NCBI GenBank assembly: GCA_964035545.1
Contig: OZ037770.1
Location: 6,830,729 to 6,894,728 of the forward strand
DNA length: 64,000 nt
Direction of reading: 5' to 3'
From: Bugula neritina
Taxonomy: Eukaryota; Animalia; Bryozoa
A program made the translations under genes and the position numbers. Shown here piece by piece: positions 1 through 12,800 of this stretch (position 1 is the stretch's first letter; each line of letters starts with the position of its first letter). The notes beneath the pieces are model-generated. The model searched no databases and was not told the origin of the DNA. It worked only from the letters and a program-made list of their open reading frames with translations.

Positions 1-259
1 CATTTTGTTTGTGATACTGTATTTAGAAATTATCTGCCACACATGACTGCCAAAAATCATACTTTATAAACTATTACATAAATTATAATATATATCATAC
101 TCTTTTGCTATTCACCCTACACGTATAACACTTATTAGTATGGCATGCAAGCCTATAGCAACCTATTATTGGGCCATACTTGTTTATATACTTATTCATT
201 GGCTATTTTAATAGCGTTAGTTCCACATGATTCATGCACAGAGTGGAACACAATGAAGT

Positions 260-425
260 TTTCTAAATTACGTGTCAACTTAATATAAAAGCAGAATCTT
301 TATTTGTAAATTGGAGTTCAATGAGAAAAGAATTCTTATAAACCACACAACTCAACAAATGCCATTATATTACGGCAGGACATCTTCTCTCTAGTTATGG
401 TAGAGAAACTCATCTTAATATTTCT
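260..425. repeat. Dispersed repeat, copy 1 (copy 2 at ~1950-2115)
   Basis: Shared ...GTGTCAA(C/T)TTAATATAAAAGCAGAATCTTTA...CCACACAACTCAACAAAT...CAGGACATCT in the same orientation. Confidence 0.7.
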
Positions 426-519
426 GCACACCAACTTCGTGACAATGATACATTGCCAGGGGATCAAACATCTAGTGATTAATTGTACTTTACAGTCCTA
501 CTTGTGTCCATGCAGAGTG

Positions 520-715
520 TTCACTAGCAGTCCATAAGGATGTTCACTAGCAGTCCATGCAGAGTGTTCACTAGCAGTCCATGCAGAGTGTTCACTAGCA
601 GTCCATGCAGAGTGTTCACTAGCAGTCCATGCAGAGTGTTCACTAGCAGTCCATGCAGAGTGTTCACTAGCAGTCCATGCAGAGTGTTCACTAGCAGTCC
701 ATAAGGATGTTTACT
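520..715. repeat. 24-bp minisatellite (GCAGAGTGTTCACTAGCAGTCCAT)
   Basis: About 8 tandem units; source of spurious ORF 524-724. Confidence 0.9.
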
Positions 716-846
716 CCATAACAAAATAATTGTCTTATATAGCCCAAAATAATGGTATTTCTTGAATATAACTTACCTGCAGCTAGTGCACCACCTAGCT
801 ATATAAAACTCACTTAGCTTAAGTGAACAGACTATATAAAACTCAC

Positions 847-3800
847 CTAGTTGTAGCCCAGCAATACCTCCCCAAGCTTTCATAAAGTCTCCAGTGTCAG
901 GACACTTGAGTCCAGCTGTGCACGGGGAATGGTCTGATACAACCATTGAGATGCTCAGATCTTTAACAGCTGCCCATAATTCCTCCTAGAGTAACCATAG
1001 CAACATAGACAAGCATGGCACTGTGATATAAGCTACTCGAAGCTATTATAGTACATGACTTATACCAGCTAGAAACAAGTTGCGGCTAATAGATATAAAA
1101 TACCATTTTATAATAGTTACTAGTCATTAAAGGGGAGTAAATTAGCCTAAAAGTCAATCAATTTTTACTGTTTCACAGCTCACTTCCAATATGTAAAGAG
1201 TTGTATTTCCAGTCCCATGTATGGTTGCAATATTTATAATGTATTTACAGGCCAACACTTTCTACCTGGTTTTGCTTAGTTCTGATTGGTGGACAGCACT
1301 TATATTCCGTTGCACCGTCAGGTACATTTTCAGAGTTCAAGGTCAGGTAATGATGACACGTCTCCACAGTTAGCGGAGCACCAGCCTTCTGAGCTTCTCT
1401 AATGAGAGGGAGGGCAGTCGCTGCTGACAGATGGACAATGTGGGATCTTACCCTAAATAATATCAAACATAATTATTGAAGTACACTTTTAGCCTATAAA
1501 CTTAAACTTAGTAATGGATATAGGGTTCATACTCACACTGGTGGATATAGAGTGGATATAGTGGTGGATATAGAGTGCTTATATTAGCAGTGGTGGATTT
1601 AGTGTTCACATTCAAGGTGTGCATATAGTGCTTACATTCAGAGATGTGATATTCAAGTTAATTTCTATCCTTACAAGACAAAAAATTTAGCTCTTGAAGT
1701 CAGCACTTATTGTAGGCAGCAGTCGTGGTGTAGTGGTTAGAGTGTTGGTGGTTCGAGTCCAAACACGAGGGTGAGGTCAGGGAAAGCATCCTGTGCCGCA
1801 CATGAACAAGTCCTTAACCTGCTTGGCACAAATTATACGTTATAGATTATTATATTATACTCTTATGGTATCAGCCTACACTTGTAACTATGGCATGGTA
1901 TGTTTGTATATTTAGTCTTTGTCTATTGAACAATATGACAGCAAAGTAATTTTCTAGATTATGTGTCAATTTAATATAAAAGCAGAATCTTTACTTGTAA
2001 ACTTGAGTTAAATAATAAAATTCTTATAATCCACACAACTCAACAAATATATCACAAATATATCACCACAGGACATCTCCTCTCTAATTCTGGCAGATGA
2101 GTTGTCCTAATATTTTTATAGACAGCAGATATTTCTAAAAAAATCATCACACCGTGTCCCAATTTTGAGACACTGCTTTTAAAAAATCCTTTCCACTGGA
2201 GGGGGGGGGGGAGGGGAGGGGGGAGATAGCTTTAAACTCACATGAGTCAGTGTATTCAACAAAACAAATTCTCATTAAATAGCAAAACTTGTCAATAAAA
2301 CTGTTCAACAATACAAGAAGATCTGACATACTGCATCTAAGCGCCATCACTTCCTCCTATGATCTATAATGTATCTATATATCTATACATGCAAGTTATC
2401 AACAGCAGAATAATAGCTTTCAATCTAGTTTGAATACATGTAGCTTCACTCTTTGGTAAGTGTAGAGAGTAAAGTTGCGTTTATACCTTAGCGATTTTCG
2501 GTCAAAATTTCAATTTGGCCGGGTTGAAATTTCTCCGAGTTGCATTGCATTGTAAAAGCCACCCGTTGAAATTTTTGTACTGTGATAACTTAATCGGCCA
2601 ATTTTAGAATAGGAGTAATAACTCCTTGTAAACATCGTTATTTAGTTATTACTTTGGCGATTAGACAACGTACTTATACGGTTATAATTATATAGCCTAC
2701 GCCTTCTCAATTATCGCTTTTATGCTTTCCGCTTCACTAATTCACGACGTTTACAAAGGGCATCATATAGCTATTATGCGAGTCAAATTTCAATTTCAGA
2801 AAGTGAGCAGCTGCATCAATATGATTTCAACGAGTTTCAGTTTGACTATAAAGGGGTACCCGGATAAGCATTATTAACTTAAACTCGGTACTTTTTTCAG
2901 CAGAGGTATAAACGCAACGGGACAGCTTTTGAATCAAATTGATATTGAATAAGTATTTTACTGAAGATGTATGTGTATGTGTAGTTCAGCAACATACTTG
3001 TACTGCAGGCACAGCTTGATGACCATCTTTACAGCCTCTATCTCCATTTTCTCTGGTCGGGACAGCATAAACTTGTCGTACACATGGTCAGCCAACCTTG
3101 AAGAATCTGCAAGCTCGTCATCAACCTCTACTTCAGCGTGAAACTGCACAACAGAGGAGATAGTAGAATGTAAACTACTTTTACATTTTTAAGCACTTGT
3201 GCTGCATGAAAAGAAATTAACAAAGACATAATAATTAAACTACACAAGAAAACATAAGGAGGGTATCTAGAATAACTCTCTCTATGCAAGTCTCACCAGA
3301 AACACAGAGTCTGTGCCTTGCAGCTGCTGGTAAGCTAGATGTAGATCTGACTCTGTACAGTGAGGAAATTCATCTATACCACTGTGAATGAGAAAGCACT
3401 TGAACCCCCTCACACCTTCGGCAATCATTGGCTTGATCTCAGTCTATAGATAAAATAATATTTTATCTTTAATTGCATGCTAAATGCAAGTGGCTATTGT
3501 GTAATAACAAAGAAACTTTATTAGCCTGAGTTCTTATTGTTCGTGTGTACCCCTGCAGCTACTACAAGTTCAGCAGTATTTTACACAAAAATGACATCTT
3601 ACAGTTAACAAGATTCCATCGCATCGAATCAGTTTTGAAAATCAACATTTCAAAGGTACAACTCCTAATGCTACAAAAAGGCAAACCACGGTCGACCGTA
3701 TCGTGTTATTCCAATTTCAGTCCCAAAAAGTTGAGAAGACTTGGAAACTCAAGATTTAGTTTCAACTACACAAAAATATGAAAATGCAAGATAGCACAAC

Positions 3801-6800
3801 TCTTAACTTTTGATAATATTCCATGTTGACATTTTCCCTGCAGAGATCTGTTGTCTCGTGTCACGATTGTTTCAGTTCTCGTTTTACCGACAAAGCATGC
3901 GAAGCTGCATATTTTGTCAGGCATGTAGTATATATAGTTTCGTCAGTTATGTTAGGAATTTTTTTATATTACATTAATTAATACGCTTTATTTCGGCAAT
4001 GACAACTATTTAATATTTTGAGTTTAATAAATTATGCAGCACATTTATTGAACCTATGATTAACATACAACAAAATGTTTTGAAGTCTATACAAGCAACT
4101 TTATTGAAAACAATTAAAAGTGATAAACTGTTTACAAAAAAGTTATATACTAGAATAGTGCAGATTTCAAAATCGGGCTGTGAAAGCAAATCCTTGAGTG
4201 GTGAATATTGAAAGCAGGAAGGATGCATCACTTCCTGTCACAAGTTCTCCGACATTGTCTTTGAGACCTACCAACAAAAATAATCAAAGCAGGTTTCCCC
4301 ACAAATATGGCATGGTAGTATATTTCATAGTTTCATTCATTAGGTAATATAAGATAAATTCAACTAGCACCATGTCATATTTAAGAACGGAGCGAATCTG
4401 CTAAAAATTAATAAAGACCACAAGCTTCTATATCTAAATATTTTAGATTGTTAAATGCTTGGTTGTCATTTTCAAAAAACAAAGCAATGCTGCTCTACAT
4501 CAAGAAGAATGGACCAGTAGTGTGAAATATGCTGACAAAAAGTACTACCTGAACACACGAGAGCCGACTTCACACTGGAGAAACTGTCGGCATTGCCCAG
4601 AGCTTGGGTCGTAAGCATAGACTCTTCTGGCCCCAGTTCCAGTGCAGCCACCTGGTAGAAGTCCGGCCAATGCTAGAGGGCCACATTTTTCTCGTACTGG
4701 TCTTTTAGATCTGCAAGCTCTTTTGCACCTCCTTTTAGTTCTAAGAACAAATACATATTAAAAAAGAAATTACTTAAGTTACAGAAAAGTCCGCAGTACA
4801 AAAAATAATAGTAGCAGTACAAATAGTCTTATAAGAAGAAGAACCACACAGCCAGTTTACATGCTCATGGCCCAGGAAAGATTAAAAGAACAAAACTCAC
4901 GTAAAATTGTTGTCATTTCCGCCACATCCTCCATAAATGAATGTCACACACTTGCCGTTTCTATAACCCCATCGCATAAACCGAGCTCTGCAGTTGCCAG
5001 TAATTAATGGCTGAGTGCAGACCTCCGGAAGACGTCGATTCATTGCTTTGGTAAATTGTAGAAAGCAAAAGAAAAGCAGCACAACTGTTAGTTTCATGTT
5101 TGTTACAAGAAGTAGTTATATAGTTGGTCAGAACTATGTCACTCCTTGCCAATAAGAAACTCTGGCTATGAATGGAAAGCAAGAAGAGCGGTGATGTCGG
5201 TTGGTAGAGTGGAAATAGGAATTATGATTAATAAATCAAATCTTACGGCAGAAGTATTTATAGGCCAAAACTGGCTCAAATAACCCCATTATTTACTGAT
5301 TGATGTCCATTTACTGATTGATGTAAACTGAGGTTTCATTGCAAAACTCTCAAGAGTTGTCAATTGTGTACTTAATAGTGATGGCTTTCCGGTTTAAGCA
5401 GATGAAGGAAAGGCAATTTATCACGGTGAGATTTTTATGGAATGATCTAAATTGCATGCAGTATTGCCATAGCACCTTTTTTAAGATTCACTTTGATCAA
5501 CAGGTAAATTTTTTTCTAGCAGTTGTAATGTAATGGAATCTCATCAAAATTGTAATGACAGACCTATTTATCTATTCAATATTGGCCATACAACTTGTAG
5601 TCAACAACAAAATCATGAAAATCAAAGGAAAGGTCTTCACACTGAGGTTAGTATAAAGAGAAACTTCACCATGCCAGATATAAGAAAGAGAAGACTTTAC
5701 TACCTTATGTCAGAGTGGCACCAATGAAGCATTGTCTGCCATTATGAGAAGTATCAAAGGGAGGTGACTGCAAGTACTATATGCTTACAGTGAATAATAC
5801 CATGACAAATTCAACCAGTTATACCAATTTTTGCACCTTTGTTACATGTCTACACAAAAAACATGATGAAAACTATAAATATATTCCTTGCTTTAACAAA
5901 TGTTATGCAATTATTAGCAGAAACAGGATTCAATTGCATGTGCTAATTTTGCGCATCATATTGTGACTTGACACGTAATTTGTGAGCTTGATTTTGATTC
6001 AGGGTGTCTTATAAATTTAAAGGCATTTAATAATTTTCATAAAAACAAAAACCTGATGTATGCCTATGGTATGGAATTGCATATTTTTCTAAACAATTCA
6101 AATAATGATAATAATCCTAGGCCTCTATATGGGTTTGTAAAGAAAAAAATTATTGACTTTTCATCATCAATCTATTGAGTTACACATATGCATAATTATT
6201 AGTGATAAATAAATAAGTAATGGATTAAATTTTGCAGTTACTAAGTTTAATTATGTACTAATAAATAATGTCAACTTCACAGTGCAATTATATTACTAGT
6301 AATTTTGATTAATTTTCTAAATAAATCACTTGGTAATTTAATTTGCCAATAAAATATTGGAGTTTATTAAAAGTTAAGCTTGAAGTAAAACTAAACAACG
6401 ATAAAATTTTTTATTAGGTCAACTCTAAAAATAAAAAGAACGATATTTTGCTACATTTCTAATTTTTCGAAAAACGAATTTTCTCAATTTCTTTTGTTAC
6501 TACCATTGTCTCGCTTTTGGGTGAATAATAGTGTAGTAGATTTTGTGGGTTCAGAATAAATTGGACAGAGAACATAACTCTTTGTATGGTGAGAGATAAG
6601 AGAGGTTGTATGGTAGCGAATAAAATGGTCTTTATTGTGGTATTAGTAGATCCTTCCTCTACGAGCTTCAGCTGTATACTGAATTACAACTTCGAGCTCA
6701 CCTCTTTATATATTATTAGAACGAAAACCTGTTCTAGAAACTTTGAAACATGCTTGGAATGTCGAAGTTTCCAAATGATCTACAGTCTGACAATCAGGCG

Positions 6801-9800
6801 TCTGACACTCCAAACCTCGCATTGATGTCACTTAGATCTTCAATCCTTTGTAGTTAGAAAAAAAGAATTCTACTATCTTTGTTAGAAGTTATCATATATC
6901 TTGAAACTATATTATTGTGTTGATCGCTTATAATTCAAAACTGATAGGAAAACCAACATAAAACTGAGACTCAAAAATAGGTTTGTTTTTAAACAGCACT
7001 CTGCCAATTAAATGTTAACGGTATGCCATCTGAGTAAAACTTTTCTGCCTGGACGCCTGATTCATGCAGCAGGTGTCTTAATGGCCAGGAGAAGTTTTTT
7101 TACAATTAGATTATAAGTCTATAGAAATACTATCAAACAAACAAGCATATACACTTTCATTCCATCAAAATCATGAATTGATTGCTATGGCACTTAATAT
7201 GATAGCAGATAAGTGACAAAGTTACAGAGCATAAAATTAATATGATAGCATATAAGTGACGAAGCTACATGTAGAGGTTAAAAGGTCAGCAATTTTTATG
7301 CGCTCATACAATGGTTGGGAGATTCACCGGCGTTCCATGGATCGATCTCAGTCGTTCTGAGCTGGTCGGTCTGTAGAGCTCGAACTCAGATCGATCTCAA
7401 GGCAATAAGACCATGGAAAGACGAAAGAAGTAGATCCGAGAAGTAGAAAAATGACTGCTCCCTAAAATGTTGTCTGCTAATAAAACCGATAAATTATTGT
7501 TATACTTACTAAGCAAAGTACTTAATAATTACGATAGCTACCTTTTCAGGTAGCAAAACTTTGACTTTCATCAAAAAGATTAAGAAAACTCAATTATGTA
7601 AAATTATAGATTGTAGAAGATAGAAAAAATGAGAGCATTTTAATTGAATTTAGATTACTAGTAAAACTTACTTTCATTAGTTGTTTGCTGCGTAATTTTA
7701 AGCCTAATAGTCCCGTAAGTTTATGAATAATCTGCACAACAGCTATTAATTTTATATAAGCTGTCAAGCTAAAATATTAAAATTAATTATCTCAAATCTG
7801 AGATCGATCCATGGAAAGCCCGTGAAAGTGCGCTATTGGGTGCTACCGATGACATCTCATTGAACATTCATATTCAATGAATTGACGTAAATGTCTTCCT
7901 GTCTAATAGGAGCCACCGCAACTTGTTTGAATCAAGCAGTGCTTGACCCTAAAGCCCATGACAGACTACAGTTGAAACTCAACTGTGAACACATTTTTGA
8001 GGCCAAGTGTTGAGCTCTGTGACGTTACAACTGTCTGATTTCTGAAAGCAACAGTTTATTTTTTGCTATTCGTTCAGGGTTGTACATGTCGAAAGCTCAA
8101 ATTTTGCATTCAGCGGTAAACCAATCACTAACTAGCAGGTTAGCCTTGATTGCTTAAATGTTTTTACTTATAGTCTGGCAGAACTGGGGGTTAGGTTTGC
8201 AATCTCGGATAAAGTTTTTTTCTCTTTTGATTATTTATCTTGAGGGTCCAGGTAGATGTTTCCAGGTGGGTGTGGACCTGCCACCCTTGAGCATTTCGAG
8301 AAATCCAAGATGGCCGCCAATTATGAAAAAATCGTAATCTAGTCGGCATAAAGTCTATATTATGTTGCAAAAACAAGATTTTTTTGATGATTAAAATAGA
8401 TGTGCATTTTTAGAATAAATATGTGCAATGCCAGTAAAAAAGGAATCAAAGTAAAGAGCTAAGAGACATGTTTTTCAGCTCAAAAATCAGAATTGCTTTA
8501 ATAAAACATCACATATGGTGCAGAGAAATGATACAAGGTTTTTGAATGACTGTTTGGATACTGGGCAGATATATAAAGAAAAACATTGCTTGTTGCCAGT
8601 GAATAGAAAGTTAAAAAAAGATACAGATGCAACATATTGCTCAGCTAAAGTTAAAATTAAACGAATATATAATCGTACAAATGCGACAAACTTTCCCTCA
8701 TGTTCATATTAAACACCTTTTTCATTTTTTTCTATCATTAGCATTTTTTAGAAATGTTAATTCATTGCAGCACACTGCTGTTACTGCTTCACAAAGGCAG
8801 AACTTTGTGCATGGGATAGATGTACTAGAATAGCCATATCTTGTTGTTTTGCATGATTGTTGGTTTCCACAGGAGCATTTAATGAATTTGGGCCATTTTA
8901 CTTAATTTAGTACATGCATCAGCAGATTATGATCAAACATTTTAAAGTTTGCTCAAAATTCATGAAACTTACTATATGGGGTAATAGAATTTGCTGATTC
9001 TATCTATGCATAACAAAAATGACTGGGAAGAGGTCCTGCAACATTTAAGCGGGGCGTCATTGTCATACGAGCTAAGTATATATTTGTGAATCATCACGGC
9101 CTATATAATATCTCAATGTAATAATAAATTAGGAATAGACATAGAAAATCATGCATAATTGGAAAAGTCTTAATTATTCAGTTTTATTTGTTAAAATTCT
9201 GATAGTTTGAGGCAAAAATGTATATACAATAGCAGCTAAATTGTAAAAAATCGCCAAAAGCTAGAGCCGTCAAGTGTACACCAAATTAACTAACATGATC
9301 CACTTCATAATACTGTCTGGTGTAAGCACAACATCATTTCATAATCCTTTTGGGAAAAAAGATTCTATTAGATTCCCTATCACCTACCAATGTTCTAGTG
9401 GGTTTAATGCCGCAGTTTCATATGGCTACCTGGAGGTGTGCTCTGGTGACATTGTCCAATAGTTTCATCTGTAGGAGGCAAAGGCAAATAGCATTGCTGA
9501 CCTTGGTTTCTCAAGCCTTTTGTCTTGTAGATGTCATGGAGGAGCACTTTGCATAATTGTAGCAACATAGCATAAACTTGGTAGCTTGTATGAATAGTAA
9601 TTCTGAAAAAAAGCACTAGTGTCACCAAATCACATTTTCCTTCTACCAAGACATTTAGTATGACTCCCTTTCCAATATTTTACATTGTTGCCTCTGAGAG
9701 ACCATGGGAAGGCAGCAAATTGTTCATTATAGGGCTTTGTCTCAGACTTTCTCACCCAGTACGCCGTGGTCCAGGATGAGTAATGGTTTTGCAGGGCACC

Positions 9801-12800
9801 AAGCGTTATCAGAGAGTGTCATCTGATTTTATTGTCAACATCTTCATCTGAGAAACCACATTTCAGTATGCCATCCTTCACTGTATCCATTAACCTTTTT
9901 TTGCCCCTTCCCCCCTCTCCCTTTTTCTTTCTCTGTATCTTCATCTCAGCCACCATTATAATATCTTCCTCCGTATCTCTTCTGCGCACATGTCCATACT
10001 ATTGAAAAGGTCTCCTCCTCATGTCTATTGCGATAGCTTCTATTTTAGCCTCCTAATTTATATTATCATTTGTTACATGGTCTTCCCAATTCATATCGTA
10101 AATTTTTCGAAGCATCCTCATCTCAGTTGCACTTATCTGGTTCAATATTGACAAAAGCAATAGGGTGGCATCATTCTTTGAGTGGGTCACTGCAGAGTTC
10201 AATCTTCCATTTGACAGACTCCCTGTCCTTTGAATCAGACTGGATTCTTGATTGCATCTCATCCTTATGAGTAGTGAAAGCATTTATTTCAGACCCATCC
10301 CTGATGTCAATAAGGCCTTACTGTATCTTGTTGCATGCGGAAGTGCTGTACACCCACACCTTGGGAGTTTTAGGTTTAGTGGTGATGCCAATGATTCCCT
10401 CTTGCTGTGACCAAATCTCACGAAGGTCACCTCAATGGTCATGTCCGATCAGATGCCGTTGAGCTGGCCACGTTTATGATGCATTGTGTGGTTACCAGCC
10501 GCGAATTCAATCCTTACATCTTGTGGCATGACTTCCACGCTATGCAGATAGTGCATTTCCTCTTCCATTGCTAGGTGCAAGGCCCAGTCTCATTCTCTAA
10601 CAGATATGATGCGGGTGTTGATGGTAAAAATTGGTCCAATAAAGCACATGGCCCACAGTTTTGCTGTTCTTGAGCTCTCTGCAATCTTAATCAACATCTT
10701 TTCAAGGTCCTTCATGCTAGTGATTACACTTTCATCAAGACTAGCTTTAACAGTTCCCCCACCAATATTCTCAGACCTTGTACATTCTGGAGAAACCTTT
10801 TTTATTTAGCATTTTGGAGAAACCATCAAAAGCAGAATTAACTACTTCTACCAAACCACTTTCAGCTTTTAGTGTTCCAGTGCACCCAACATAGGTCATT
10901 AAAAGGGGAGAAATTAATAGTAAACGGTAACGAAAGGGGATTGGTATGAAAAAGGTAGGGAACCACTGTTCTAAAAGACGTATTACTTCCCTCAGCATAA
11001 AATACATTTTCATTCATAAAAACTGTTTACAAATGCTTTTAGAGAAAAAGTCAAATGGGCTGATTGTAGAAATAGTTTTCGAAAGCAAAAATGTCAATAT
11101 TTAGATAAATGATGTGTCAATAATAAAGCAATTAAATTATGTTAAGAAGCCATGGTGCTGTGTTATTAAGGTTGTTGACCCCTTTTTATAACTTTAAAAA
11201 ACATATAGCTAAAGTTTTAAAACTGAAAATAACTATTAAGTTGGCAGCTCAACAAACCTTTTCGATAGGCATGCCAGTTGGAAATAAATTGCTATTTAGC
11301 TCATATGGCAATTATGTTGCATTTTAAGTTTTCAGAACCCCTTTCAGCTTTATTTGGTGGACATATTTGTACTCAGCATATACAATCACACCATATAGTA
11401 AATTTTCATGGAGTTAGAACAAACTGATGCAGAGATGAAAGGAAATTATAAACACGGAGAGGTTAGGTTAAACTTGAAAAAATGAATGATTAAGGCTTAG
11501 CTTAGTTACCCTTGGGTATCATTTGCCTATTACTCAATAATGCATATGATAAAGACACATGCATCTTTATTATATTATTTTCTAAAGCTTTCAAAGCATT
11601 GGAACCTTAAATTTAGCCCCAATGGGTAGGTACATTTGAATTAAAAAAATCGTTTGGTGCCTGGCGGCCATCTTGAATTTCTCGAAATGCTCAAGGGTAA
11701 GAAGTCCACACCCACCTGGAAACATTTACCTAGACCCTATATTTGAATAATCAGGAGAGAAAAAAACTTTATCCGGGATTGCGAACCTAAGTCAAAAATT
11801 GGCATTTTTCTGCCAGACTATTATTTCACGTGCTACTAGCGAGCATTATTATTTGATTTGGTTCTTCGAAAATTATATTATTTTACTTTTAAAATAATTA
11901 TGATGAAGCTATGTATGAAAGTCTCAATAAATTATGAAAATAAGAATTTATTAGATAAATTTTGCTGAATTTTATCTGCATATTTAGTTTTTCTAATTTG
12001 GTTGAATTTTATTAGCGTACTATTTAGTTCTTTAGGCTAGTGAATGAGCTTGAATAAAGCTAGGTAATCTCATTAAATAAAGCTAGTAATTTTGAATAAT
12101 TGAAGCTAGTAAATTAGAATAAAAATAACTAGTAAATCTTATTAAATTATGCTAGTAATTCTCAATAAATTGCGCTAAATTTGATTGTTGGTTACTGTGG
12201 ATACTGCAGAAACGGAGTTATGGCATTCCTATTGGTTTAAAGTTTACTGCGGGGCTAGAGACAGTTAGCTTTCATCGTTTGTAGTGAACTGTAGGGTGAC
12301 CAGCAAAAAGTAGGACGTGAGATTGAAAGTATGCGGGAGCAGCTCGAAAAAATGTTTAGTTCAGTTTCGACTGTAGTCTGTAGACCCCAACCGCAACGCC
12401 GTACAGGAAGCCCAGACATTTGTAAAAATAGCTAATATTTTAATGGGAGGTAATAATGCATAACTGGCTACAATCAAGTGATCTCTTGCAATCACCTGAT
12501 TGGTTACAATCACATGACCTGCTTGCAATAATATCAGATAGCAGTCATTTAGTTACCATACTAAAAAACTTGCCGCGGCCCAAGTTATTTCATGCCTTAT
12601 ATACATTTCAGTTTCAAATGCACTTTTAAACCCTCTCATAAAAGTATTCCCCCCAAGCCTTTTAATATATATAATATTTGAAATCCTGCAACTACCTCCA
12701 TGATACAATGACACCAGATTCAACTTACGTGGTTTCCTGGTACAATTCCTCCCCAGAATGCAATGTTGACAAGATTGTTAGCCTGAGCGTGTGGAATCTT

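Larger units (their letters stand above)
7961..12381. mobile_element. MITE interrupted by the Academ element
   Basis: Inverted ends ACAGACTACAGTTGAAACT / AGTTTCGACTGTAGTCTGT; its flanks are contiguous in the element at 61225-61492. Confidence 0.6.

Noticed and set aside
6583-6850. Possible solo LTRs here and at ~39160-39375
   Set aside because: TATA- and polyA-like motifs are present, but matching TG...CA ends with a TSD could not be identified.
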